Shown here piece by piece: positions 41,358-49,971 of a stretch of 64,000 nucleotides of DNA. The DNA comes from Candidatus Woesebacteria bacterium. Lineage in GTDB: Bacteria > Patescibacteriota > Microgenomatia > UBA1400 > PJMF01. Location: contig JASFHL010000003.1 in the NCBI GenBank assembly GCA_050123235.1, positions 50,077 through 114,076 on the forward strand. Direction: 5' to 3'. The position numbers and the translations under genes were made by a program. The notes under the pieces are model-generated. The model ran no database searches. It was not told the DNA's origin and saw only the letters and a list, made by a program, of their open reading frames with translations. Positions within the stretch are counted from its first letter, which is position 1. Each line of letters begins with the position of its first letter.

Positions 41358-41384
41358 TCTACTATCATATAATATTTCGTGAAA

Positions 41385-42290
41385 CTAAGACACAGTCGTG
41401 GCAAGCTGCTTCCAACTCCCTTTAAATCGAGCTATAAAAGGAAAAGCTAAATCAAATGGCTTCATGCCTTTCAATACTAAATAAGTGCCAATAGAAAGCC
41501 ATTCTGGCAAAAACAAAATATAAGCGCTTTGCATTAACATTAAAATCAGCATTTTGATGTTCACAGGATAGCCCAAGTCGCGAATTGCATAATATCTTAC
41601 CCTCAAGCTATTAATAAATTTAGCTCGCACATTTTTCATTGAGTTATTGTTACTATGCAAACGATAATAAATTAGCTTTTCTGGTAAATTAGCAAATTTA
41701 CCATTCATCAATAAAGTAAAAAGGGTCATATAATCATCAGCTGAACTGAGTTGATCAGTCCACAACTTTTTTTGATCTGGCAATAAAGATCTCCTCACCA
41801 TAATACTAGGATGCAAAATAGGATGGAAATTACCATATTCTTTGTAAATAGTCTCATGATCTAAAGGAAAAAGTTTATGGCCTACCACTTGCTTATTTTC
41901 GTCAATAATATGACCTTGAGTAGCTACCAAAATATGATCAGGGTTATGATCAAGAAAATAAACTTGTTTAGCAAACCTATCTGGATGAGCAATATCATCT
42001 TGGTCCATCCTAGCAATATACTTTGCTTGAGCTGCTTTGAAACCCACATTAGCTGAAGCTGATTCACCTAGATTCTGCTTATTATTAAGTAATTTAATTC
42101 TTTTATCCTTTTTAAGAAAACTTTTGATGATCTTTTCAGAATTATCGGTACTGGCATCATTGACAATAATCAACTCAAAATCTTTAAAAGACTGTTTTAA
42201 AATACTTTCAATTGCTTCAGCCAAAAAACGAGCGCCATTAAAAACGGGCATGATTACTGAAATAGTAGTTTTTTTTCTATTTTTAGACAT
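41385..42290 (-). CDS. Glycosyltransferase family 2
   Basis: ISVIMPVFN, IIVNDASTD, YIARMDQDD. Confidence 0.92.
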   Translation of the reverse strand: MSKNRKKTTISVIMPVFNGARFLAEAIESILKQSFKDFELIIVNDASTDNSEKIIKSFLKKDKRIKLLNNKQNLGESASANVGFKAAQAKYIARMDQDDIAHPDRFAKQVYFLDHNPDHILVATQGHIIDENKQVVGHKLFPLDHETIYKEYGNFHPILHPSIMVRRSLLPDQKKLWTDQLSSADDYMTLFTLLMNGKFANLPEKLIYYRLHSNNNSMKNVRAKFINSLRVRYYAIRDLGYPVNIKMLILMLMQSAYILFLPEWLSIGTYLVLKGMKPFDLAFPFIARFKGSWKQLATTVS

Positions 42291-42423
42291 ATTTTTATTA
42301 AGGAAATTATATCAAGAAAAGTCTTTTTTGTCAAAACTATAGGATATTATTATCTCAAGTACAACTCTTAAAATATAAAAAAATTGAAATTTAGCCAAAA
42401 AAAAGGTTATGATGAATTAAATA

Positions 42424-43926
42424 ATGATTTTTACCAGTAACAGGCGAAATCTAACAATTATGAAAAAAATAACTAAAAACTTTAAACAAAATCTGGGCTT
42501 AATAATTATCCTCACTTTTAGTCTAGCAGTAGGCTTATATCAATTACAAAAACCCATGATTGCCAATTCTGATGCATACATGCATTCCTTAGTAGCTTAC
42601 CGATCATATTTTTATGACCCTCATTATGTCTGGCTTCCTGGCTATAATTATCTAATACATAGCTTGGTTTTAATTTTGCCTCAAAGCTTGAGATTTCTTA
42701 AAATAATTAGGGTTTTTTCCTTAATCTTTTCACTGCTGACTATTATCTTCTCCTATTTACTTGCCAAGAGAATTTTCAAAAAAAACAGCATTGCCAATAT
42801 TACTGCCTTACTCGTAGCTAGTTTACCTATGTTTGTCTTTATGTTTACCCAAAGCTTCCAAGAGGTCGTTTTTATACCTCTGTTCTTGGCTGCTATTTAT
42901 TTTTTAATGGCCAAAAAATCTCCTTTTTTGTCATTGACTTTAAGTCTCTTGCTATTAAATTTAGCTCATAGTATCCGCTATGAAAGCTGGTTTGTTTTAC
43001 CATTATTGTGGCTATATCTTATCTTGAAAAAAAATATCTCTAAAAAATTGAAAATTTATTTTGTGCTGGCTTCTCTAGTTGTGCCTATTGTAATGTCATT
43101 AGTTTTTTATAAATACAATCATAGCCTTTTATTTTTACAAGAATTCCGACAGAAACAACAACAAGGCTATGAAGAAATATTAGGGCCAATTTCTAGTAAA
43201 GGCAATTTAAGTCAAAGCATGATTAAGTTTTCAGAATTCTACACTAGCGTTTTTGATTTAGCATATATTGCTCTAGCTATCTTGAGCTTTCTATTAATAG
43301 CCAAAAGAAACAAAAAAACTTATTTACTCTTTTTTCTCCCTTTACTGCTTTTAGCTCTACAGTTCTGGTCTTTTTTTAATGGATCTAATGTTGATCCTCA
43401 TGACAGGTATTTTCTGATTCCTGCTATCATCCAAATGCCATTTGTAGCCTTGGTGCTAAATAAAATTATCAAAGCAAAACCCTTTTTCTCTAAAGCATCA
43501 ATTCTCAATTTCTTAATCCTCTTGCCATTATCGACCCTTGTCTACGTTAACCAATATCAAAAAAGCAAAGTTAAACATTATCAGCATGAATTAATTGGTA
43601 TTCGAGATAATATTGAACAATTAATAGTAGTAGGTAAAGGTGTACAAGAGCATGTAATTAATGAAAGTTACTATGCTTTTTTTCCTGTAGATCAAAATAA
43701 TTACCATGTAGGCAAGGCTATTGAATACTTCTCTGATAGAGTACAAATCCCCATGCCTCGTGAGCAATTAAATCCAGATGATGTTTTTGCTAAAGGAGTG
43801 AACATTGCTGTGCTTGAAACTGAAGGAGAGATTGAAGCTGATTATTTAAATTCTTTGCAAATGGAGATGGATTTACTCGATCAAAACATTGGACAAAGAT
43901 CATACTACACTTTTATTATGAAGTGA
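42424..43926 (+). CDS. Membrane glycosyltransferase (GT-C, ArnT/PMT-like)
   Basis: Many TMs; WLPGY, IRYESW, DRYFL. Confidence 0.65.
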   Translation: MIFTSNRRNLTIMKKITKNFKQNLGLIIILTFSLAVGLYQLQKPMIANSDAYMHSLVAYRSYFYDPHYVWLPGYNYLIHSLVLILPQSLRFLKIIRVFSLIFSLLTIIFSYLLAKRIFKKNSIANITALLVASLPMFVFMFTQSFQEVVFIPLFLAAIYFLMAKKSPFLSLTLSLLLLNLAHSIRYESWFVLPLLWLYLILKKNISKKLKIYFVLASLVVPIVMSLVFYKYNHSLLFLQEFRQKQQQGYEEILGPISSKGNLSQSMIKFSEFYTSVFDLAYIALAILSFLLIAKRNKKTYLLFFLPLLLLALQFWSFFNGSNVDPHDRYFLIPAIIQMPFVALVLNKIIKAKPFFSKASILNFLILLPLSTLVYVNQYQKSKVKHYQHELIGIRDNIEQLIVVGKGVQEHVINESYYAFFPVDQNNYHVGKAIEYFSDRVQIPMPREQLNPDDVFAKGVNIAVLETEGEIEADYLNSLQMEMDLLDQNIGQRSYYTFIMK

Positions 43927-43960
43927 TAAAAAAACACCCTCAAAGGAGAGTGTTTTTTAC
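43927..43960. terminator. Bidirectional terminator
   Basis: aaaaaacaccctc-aaag-gagagtgtttttt between convergent genes. Confidence 0.65.
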
Positions 43961-44013
43961 TTGTGTTTATCTAGACTACATAATCTAGACTTAACTAATT
44001 TAATAATTTCTAA

Positions 44014-44298
44014 TTATTGAATTAGTTCATAACCATTATTTCTGACACATTGCTCATAGATAGTGCCATTAGGCATTTCTGAGGTAGTGACAGTGTCTTT
44101 CTTCTCATCGATAGTTTCGATGGTCACTTTACTAGCCATAGCACAATCTTTAATAGCTCTGCTTTTAAGATCTTTTTCTTTGAAAGCTAAAACGCTTTGC
44201 ACAGAAAGATAAAGAACCAGAGCCAAAACCATGGCACTCAAAAGCATAAATACTGGACGCATAACTAGGCCCAGCTCTTTAAGGTTAGGCTTTTGCAT
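44014..44298 (-). CDS. Small membrane-anchored hypothetical protein
   Basis: One TM, two Cys, AAAGGA SD. Confidence 0.7.
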   Translation of the reverse strand: MQKPNLKELGLVMRPVFMLLSAMVLALVLYLSVQSVLAFKEKDLKSRAIKDCAMASKVTIETIDEKKDTVTTSEMPNGTIYEQCVRNNGYELIQ

Positions 44299-44417
44299 AG
44301 ACTTTCCTTTCTTTTTAAAATTTAGCTAGCTAACTAATAATGAAAAATGTTTAGCTAAATTTTATTTTTTAATTAATAACAAACTTGAGGCAGCAATCTG
44401 GTGATTAATGACTAAAG

Positions 44418-44452
44418 TTTGTGCCCCTCGTCCTCCAGGTGAGGGGCACAAA
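44418..44452 (-). terminator. Hairpin closing module 2
   Basis: tttgtgcccctc/gaggggcacaaa 12-bp stem at the GC/AT boundary. Confidence 0.65.
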
Positions 44453-44575
44453 GCACACGAAAGCGAAATTGGCAGCTGGTCAAGCGCGCTGGGTGGAGCC
44501 CGGGGTGTCGCTCGTGGTGCAGACGATGCGCGCACCACTTGGGACGATGCTAGTAGGGTGGGCATGAAGCCCTCC

Positions 44576-45715
44576 CTACTGAATCATACCTGAGTAGGTG
44601 GGCAGCTCGAGCAGAGCCTGCTGCGGGATGTCAAGCAGGGTGACGCTGACCCAACCAATTCTCTTGTCGGGCGCATCATACAGGAGTACGCGCGCGCCGT
44701 TATCCGAGAGCTGGACGGGGTATACACCGATAAGGCTCCCATTGAACAATCCAGTAGGTTGGCTGGATTCGGGAGTTCTATAGGTGACAGCGCCGCGCTT
44801 ACCACCTTCCACCCAATCCACCGCGTACAAAAAGCCCTGCCAGCGGAATGAGAACCCGCCGGCCGCGCCGCCCACGTTGTCTACGCGAGCGCAGGCAGCA
44901 TTGGGCCCTGTAACGAGCATAAAGCTCCCGTTCGCAAAAGAACCAGCAAACTCACCCAACGACAGCGGCCCCTCGCAGTCAAGGTCATATGAGACCTTAC
45001 TGCTCAAGAAAAGCCCCGAATAAAACGTCCCCTGCACGACTTCCGGGTAGGTATGTTTAGGATCCGGATATGTCTGATCCGGCCCCCAGAACATTACTGA
45101 CACTGAGTGGGCCGCCTTCGTGCTGGGGTCGCCCGGGGTGTCTGGCGCGAGATCTGGCTGAAAACAAAAGCCGTACTCATCGCACTCGACATTGAACCTG
45201 TCGTCACGCACGCCGCCCGACCAACCGGAAAAGGCAAAGGGCTCCAGCCCCGCCTCTCCCCGTCCCTCGTCCGAGTACGGAAAGGGGCGGTCGTTCCCCC
45301 AGTACGCTTCGCGGGAGGGCAGAGCGGCGGTGGCGTCGGCGTCTGCCTCGGGCGCAGGGTTGTCGGCGAGTTGGGGGGTGGCGGTCGGTGTGGGCGTGTC
45401 AGCGGGCCTGGCCGACTGCGCAGTCGCCGCCAGCTCCATGCCCGACAGCGCCCCCTCGGGCCCGCCACCGTCACCCAAAAACGCCTGTTGCGTGGCTAAC
45501 TCGGCCGACAACTCCTCCACCCGCCCAGCAGCCACCACGCGCGTGGCGACCATCTCGGCCGTGGCCGTGGCCTCAGCCCGGGCAACCTCGTCGGTTGCCC
45601 TGACCTGGGCCGTAGCCAGCTCGTCACCAGCCGGCAGCGAGTTCGAGTCTTTGTTACAGCCACTGGCCACCAGCAGCAGCAGCCCAAACAACACCAAAAA
45701 AAACTTCTTATCCAT
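44576..45715 (-). CDS. GC-rich lipoprotein with Pro/Thr/Ala linker and possible SH3-like C-terminus
   Basis: Lipobox LVASGC, TPTPTATP, C-terminal IGWVSVTLL; TAAGGAGGT SD. Confidence 0.8.
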   Translation of the reverse strand: MDKKFFLVLFGLLLLVASGCNKDSNSLPAGDELATAQVRATDEVARAEATATAEMVATRVVAAGRVEELSAELATQQAFLGDGGGPEGALSGMELAATAQSARPADTPTPTATPQLADNPAPEADADATAALPSREAYWGNDRPFPYSDEGRGEAGLEPFAFSGWSGGVRDDRFNVECDEYGFCFQPDLAPDTPGDPSTKAAHSVSVMFWGPDQTYPDPKHTYPEVVQGTFYSGLFLSSKVSYDLDCEGPLSLGEFAGSFANGSFMLVTGPNAACARVDNVGGAAGGFSFRWQGFLYAVDWVEGGKRGAVTYRTPESSQPTGLFNGSLIGVYPVQLSDNGARVLLYDAPDKRIGWVSVTLLDIPQQALLELPTYSGMIQ

Positions 45716-46188
45716 GATGTACTACCTCCTTATGTCTGTGGCACATCCCCCTCATGGAACGCGGCCCCTTAGGCTTTCGGCTTGGGGTCCGCTTCAGGGA
45801 GTGCCTGGGTTTGGGCCGGCCAGCGGCGCGATCCTCGTCGCGCTCCGCATTGCCAGCCCTATTCAAAGAAATAAAGTGGGTCGCACGGCTCGACGACCCC
45901 CGTCCGTAACGCGTGCCCCGCAGACCGCGCTGCCGGGGGGACTTAGCCGTTCGGCTCAGAGGGTCGCACCGCGCGCAACCATGAGCAAGTCCAGTCTAAA
46001 GAAAACTCATTTTCTTCACACTGGACTTGCCCAGTTTCATTTATCTATTTTTTTTAATTAGGAGGTTGTTTTTTCCACCATTTCTAAAACCCCAATTTAC
46101 TAATTTAATTTCGCCAATTTATGAAATCCATAACTGCAACTAATTTCTAATCACAAAATTATAGATTTAATTTAATACTTGTGTGCTT

Positions 46189-46199
46189 TGTTAAAGAGC
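46189..46199 (-). promoter_or_regulatory. boxA antitermination motif of module 2
   Basis: Minus strand GCTCTTTAACA ~200 nt after the promoter. Confidence 0.7.
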
Positions 46200-46406
46200 T
46201 GTTTTAACTATCAATAAAAATTATTTTTAGTAAAACTACCCTGCTAAAAAAAATTTCTCTCCCGCCAAAAAGCTCGTCATTGAGCCTCAGGCAAGTAAGC
46301 AGACATTTTCAAAATAAAAATGCCTAAGATTAATCTTCAGCGTAATTTTTATTTAAAAAAAATAAAAACATCACTAAAGACTAATTTTTAGCAGCTACCA
46401 GATCAA

Positions 46407-46436
46407 ATTATAACACTTTTTTATTACTTCTGTCAA
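46407..46436 (-). promoter_or_regulatory. sigma70 promoter of GC-rich module 2
   Basis: Minus strand TTGACA-18 bp-TATAAT with TGn extended -10. Confidence 0.75.
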
Positions 46437-46495
46437 TGTTATAGGACTTTTGAAAATTACACTTTATGTAATCTTTCTCATCTAAAATAATAAGT

Positions 46496-46696
46496 ATGAA
46501 ATTAAATCAAGCTCAAAATAAATTAATGGCTAAGCTTCATATTGATCTCGCTAAAAATTTCGCTGTCACAGTATTAATTAATGAAACTAATAAAATAAAC
46601 AATACCCTAAATAAGACAATATTTATTATGACTTGTGGTATAATATTTTTATCTTTAATTCTATTATCATTAGATTATTTAAAGAAGGTAAAATGA
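46496..46696 (+). CDS. Small membrane protein
   Basis: 66 aa with hydrophobic C-terminus; ATGA overlap with the next ORF. Confidence 0.5.
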   Translation: MKLNQAQNKLMAKLHIDLAKNFAVTVLINETNKINNTLNKTIFIMTCGIIFLSLILLSLDYLKKVK

Positions 46697-46827
46697 ATTT
46701 TAATTTAGAAGCAATTTATGAAGGGGTTTATTCTTTTCAATTGTTGATAGTTCTTACAGGAATTTTTGGAGCATTAGTTTTGATCTCTCACAGGATGGGT
46801 AGCAAAGACAAAAAAGATAAAAAATAA
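46693..46827 (+). CDS. Small single-TM protein (44 aa)
   Basis: MNFNLEAIYEGVYSFQLLIVLTGIFGALVLISHR...; GAAGGT SD. Confidence 0.45.
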   Translation: MNFNLEAIYEGVYSFQLLIVLTGIFGALVLISHRMGSKDKKDKK

Positions 46828-46891
46828 TCTTAATCTTATCTAAAGATTATCTTTTTTTATGTTGAGGATTGAAACATCTAAATATTTAATA

Positions 46892-47053
46892 AACAACTTA
46901 CTACAAATAAATATTAGAGTGTTGAAGCGAGGTCTGGCCAGGATCGAACTAGCAATCAATTTACTGCCGAGCTTCACTGAGTGAGCCTTGTATCTTAAAA
47001 ACAAATAAAATGCTGTAGCGAACGACTCTAATATTTATTTGTAGTAAGTTGTT
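46892..47053. repeat. Dispersed hairpin element family A, copy 2
   Basis: 29-bp perfect inverted arms around the ~105-bp core gttgaagcgaggtctggc...gcgaacg. Confidence 0.9.
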
Positions 47054-47082
47054 GAATATATAAATTATAATATTTTTTTTAA

Positions 47083-48123
47083 TCACTCAGCATAAAAATC
47101 AAGATATATCTCTACCACTTGTTCCCAGCTTTGTTTTTTAGCCAAGTTATAAACTTTTTTAAGAAACTGTTCTTTTTTTTGACTATTTTTTTGATAATCT
47201 TTGATTTGATCAGCTAATTTTTCAGGTGAACTATCAATCAGAAGATAATCTTTAAATAAGCTCATCTTAAGGTAATCTTCCCTCAAGTGATTATCATAAG
47301 CAGCCACTACTAGACATTGATGTATCATGCCTTCTAACATAGAAAGATAACCTCCAGCAAAACATATTTCTGCCTTTTTTAGGTAGCTTCGATAATCTTT
47401 GGCTAGCAGAAAACCATGTACTTTACCATATTTTTTACATTCTGTTCTCAAAGGCCCATCACCACAGAAATTAACTCGATAGTCTGGTAATAGGGCTAAA
47501 GTTGCTAGCAAAACATCTAGTCCATTATCTTGGTCTAAGCGCCCCAGATAGACTATAGATTTTGCTTTTTTTCTGCTAGCGGTCACCCCTAAATGCCTCA
47601 CGCCGCCATAAAGCAGAGCATCAGCTTTCACTGCATAATATTTCTCAATATAGCTACCAACACAAATTACCTTATCTGCTAATTTAGCTGCCAGCCGTTT
47701 ATACAAAATATTTTTTTTAGGAATAGGGAAACTGCCTTCCCAGCCATGCATGGTGAGCACTATTTTTTGTTTTGGCCAAAGATGTATTAAAGATAATAAT
47801 TTAAATGGCCAGAACCAGATTGAAACATCATGGATATGGATTAGTTTAATTTTAAATAACTCTTTAGAAATAAATAATTTAAATAATTGCCACCAGATAA
47901 CCAGCAAGCCCAAAAATTTAATTTGAGGATAGCTAAAACGAATTATTCTTATGCCATCAATTTCCTCTTCATCTTTTAAATCAGTTTTATGTTTGGGGCT
48001 TAGGACTACAATTTGATAGCCTTTTTGAGCTAAAATTTGATTAGTTTCTCTGAGGTGAGTTTCTACCCCACCTAAACTAGGATGATAAGCAGGAGCTAAA
48101 ATTAAGAGTTGTTTTTTTTTCAT
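47083..48123 (-). CDS. Glycosyltransferase family 4
   Basis: YHPSLGGVETH, LTMHG, YLGRL, GDGPLR. Confidence 0.88.
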   Translation of the reverse strand: MKKKQLLILAPAYHPSLGGVETHLRETNQILAQKGYQIVVLSPKHKTDLKDEEEIDGIRIIRFSYPQIKFLGLLVIWWQLFKLFISKELFKIKLIHIHDVSIWFWPFKLLSLIHLWPKQKIVLTMHGWEGSFPIPKKNILYKRLAAKLADKVICVGSYIEKYYAVKADALLYGGVRHLGVTASRKKAKSIVYLGRLDQDNGLDVLLATLALLPDYRVNFCGDGPLRTECKKYGKVHGFLLAKDYRSYLKKAEICFAGGYLSMLEGMIHQCLVVAAYDNHLREDYLKMSLFKDYLLIDSSPEKLADQIKDYQKNSQKKEQFLKKVYNLAKKQSWEQVVEIYLDFYAE

Positions 48124-48148
48124 TGCTAAAATCTATTATAATCTAAAT

Positions 48149-49126
48149 ATGACTCAGCCAAGCAAAACAAGTATTTCGCTCATTATTACTGTACTTAATG
48201 AAGAAAAAACAATTAAGCTTTTACTAGATGCTATTAAAAAACAGAACCTGCTGCCTTCAGAAATAATCATAGTTGATGGAGGCTCAACTGATCGAACTTT
48301 GAAGATCATCCAAAAATTTGCCCAAAAAAATCCCAAGTTAAAAATCAAAAGTTTTGTCAAAAAAGGTAATCGGAGCGTAGGGCGAAATTTCGCCATTCAA
48401 GAGGCAAAAAATCAGTTAATTGCCATCACTGACGCCGGTTGTATTCCTCAGCGTGATTGGTTAGAGCAGTTGTATAAAAAATGGCTAGAGGCAAACTCAA
48501 GCGATGATAAAAAGCAGCAAACTAAGGTAGTGGCTGGTTATTATCAAGGCCAAGCAGACACTGCTTTTCAAGAAGCAGTCATTCCTTATGTTTTAGTGAT
48601 GCCAGAGCGAGTGAATGAGAAAAATTTTCTGCCAGCCACGCGCTCGATGCTGATTGAGAAATCTATCTGGCAGCAAGTCAATGGTTTTGATAAAAAATTA
48701 AATTACAATGAAGATTATGCTTTTGCTAAAAAACTAAAAAAACAGGGCTTTAGAATCGTTTTTGCTAAAAAAGCTGTGGTAGACTGGCTACCCAGAACTA
48801 ATTTAAAGGCTTTTATGAAAATGATTTATCTGTTTGCTCGAGGTGATATTGAGGCTGGTATCCTGCGACCGAAGGTGATTCTGATTTTTGCTAGGTATTT
48901 TTTGATGGTGTTTATCTTAGTTTTGCTAGAATGGAAAATTTCTGGCCAAACTGCTTTATTAGTTGCGCTAACTGCCTTAATCATTTATTCAGCCTGGGCA
49001 ATTGTTAAAAACCTTAAATATACGCCCAAAGGCTGGTTCTATCTGCCTCTTCTTCAAATCAGCTCTGATTTAGCAGTCATCTTAGGTAGTCTGAGAGGAT
49101 TTTTTATTTACTATTTTTTAAAATAA
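48149..49126 (+). CDS. Glycosyltransferase family 2
   Basis: ITVLNEE, IVDGGSTD, ITDAGC, NEDYAF; C-terminal TMs. Confidence 0.9.
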   Translation: MTQPSKTSISLIITVLNEEKTIKLLLDAIKKQNLLPSEIIIVDGGSTDRTLKIIQKFAQKNPKLKIKSFVKKGNRSVGRNFAIQEAKNQLIAITDAGCIPQRDWLEQLYKKWLEANSSDDKKQQTKVVAGYYQGQADTAFQEAVIPYVLVMPERVNEKNFLPATRSMLIEKSIWQQVNGFDKKLNYNEDYAFAKKLKKQGFRIVFAKKAVVDWLPRTNLKAFMKMIYLFARGDIEAGILRPKVILIFARYFLMVFILVLLEWKISGQTALLVALTALIIYSAWAIVKNLKYTPKGWFYLPLLQISSDLAVILGSLRGFFIYYFLK

Positions 49127-49146
49127 AAATCTTGAAGAGAGTGACA

Positions 49147-49308
49147 AGAACATTAATATATATAAATATGAGAGCGTTGAAGCGAGATCTGGCTAAGTTT
49201 ACATTAGCAAAAAACATACTACCGAGCTTCACTGAGTGAGCCTAGTATCTTAAAAAAAGAAGAAATGTTGCAGCGAACGACTCTTAGATTTATATATAGT
49301 AATGTTCT
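49147..49308. repeat. Dispersed hairpin element family A, copy 3
   Basis: 28-bp inverted arms (25/28) around the same core. Confidence 0.9.
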
Positions 49309-49386
49309 AGATAACTTCTTAAAGTTTACCGCGACTGTGTCTTATTTTAAAAAGATAGTAAGTGAAATAAAGAAACAAAAAAACCG

Positions 49387-49421
49387 CGTCTGCCTAATTT
49401 GTCTGACAAATCGGGCAGACG
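49387..49421 (-). terminator. Hairpin, probable terminator
   Basis: cgtctgcctaatttgtc-t-gacaaatcgggcagacg downstream of 49448-49840. Confidence 0.55.
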
Positions 49422-49447
49422 TTAATCGATTCCTAAAATAAGGGAAT

Positions 49448-49840
49448 TTAAGAGACGCGGTTTTTAAGTTTTAGAATGCTAGCAAAAGCTCCACCCATTA
49501 AAGTGGTGATAGCAGCTAAGCTAGTTTTGAAGTCTAAAGCTGTATCGGCAGGTTCATGTACCTTGACGGGTTTACCATCAACATAAATGATTGTCTCGCC
49601 TTCAGCTGTTTGCTCTTGACTGATTCGTTGAGCTTGAACCTGAGCTTGATCTAATTCACAAACTAATTCAACGTCTTGTCCATAAGCTCCACTGGAGACA
49701 TAGCGACATTCAGCTGATTGAGCTTGAGCTTGAACCTGCTCAGCTTCTTGGCTCTGTTCTTGAGCTAAGACTGGAAAGCTAGCTTGACTTAGCATTAAAG
49801 CTGCTAAGGCTAATGCTGACACGAGTCTGAACTTTTTCAT
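49448..49840 (-). CDS. Secreted Gln/Ala-rich small protein with C-terminal anchor-like segment
   Basis: Signal peptide, QVQAQ repeats, PADTAL plus hydrophobic helix and basic tail; AAGGAG SD. Confidence 0.75.
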   Translation of the reverse strand: MKKFRLVSALALAALMLSQASFPVLAQEQSQEAEQVQAQAQSAECRYVSSGAYGQDVELVCELDQAQVQAQRISQEQTAEGETIIYVDGKPVKVHEPADTALDFKTSLAAITTLMGGAFASILKLKNRVS

Positions 49841-49971
49841 TAGCTCCTTTCCTCTATTAATATTACAAAGACATCACTAGATGTAATTTGAAATATTAAT
49901 ATATTTTTATAAGTATGTAAAATAATACTATAAGACTATCACTTTGTCAATAATTATGAGGATGTTGTTAA

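Noticed and set aside
44362-46061. Overlapping ORFs in module 2 (e.g. 45192-46061 +)
   Set aside because: Shadow frames of the lipoprotein gene, which has a lipobox and a perfect SD.
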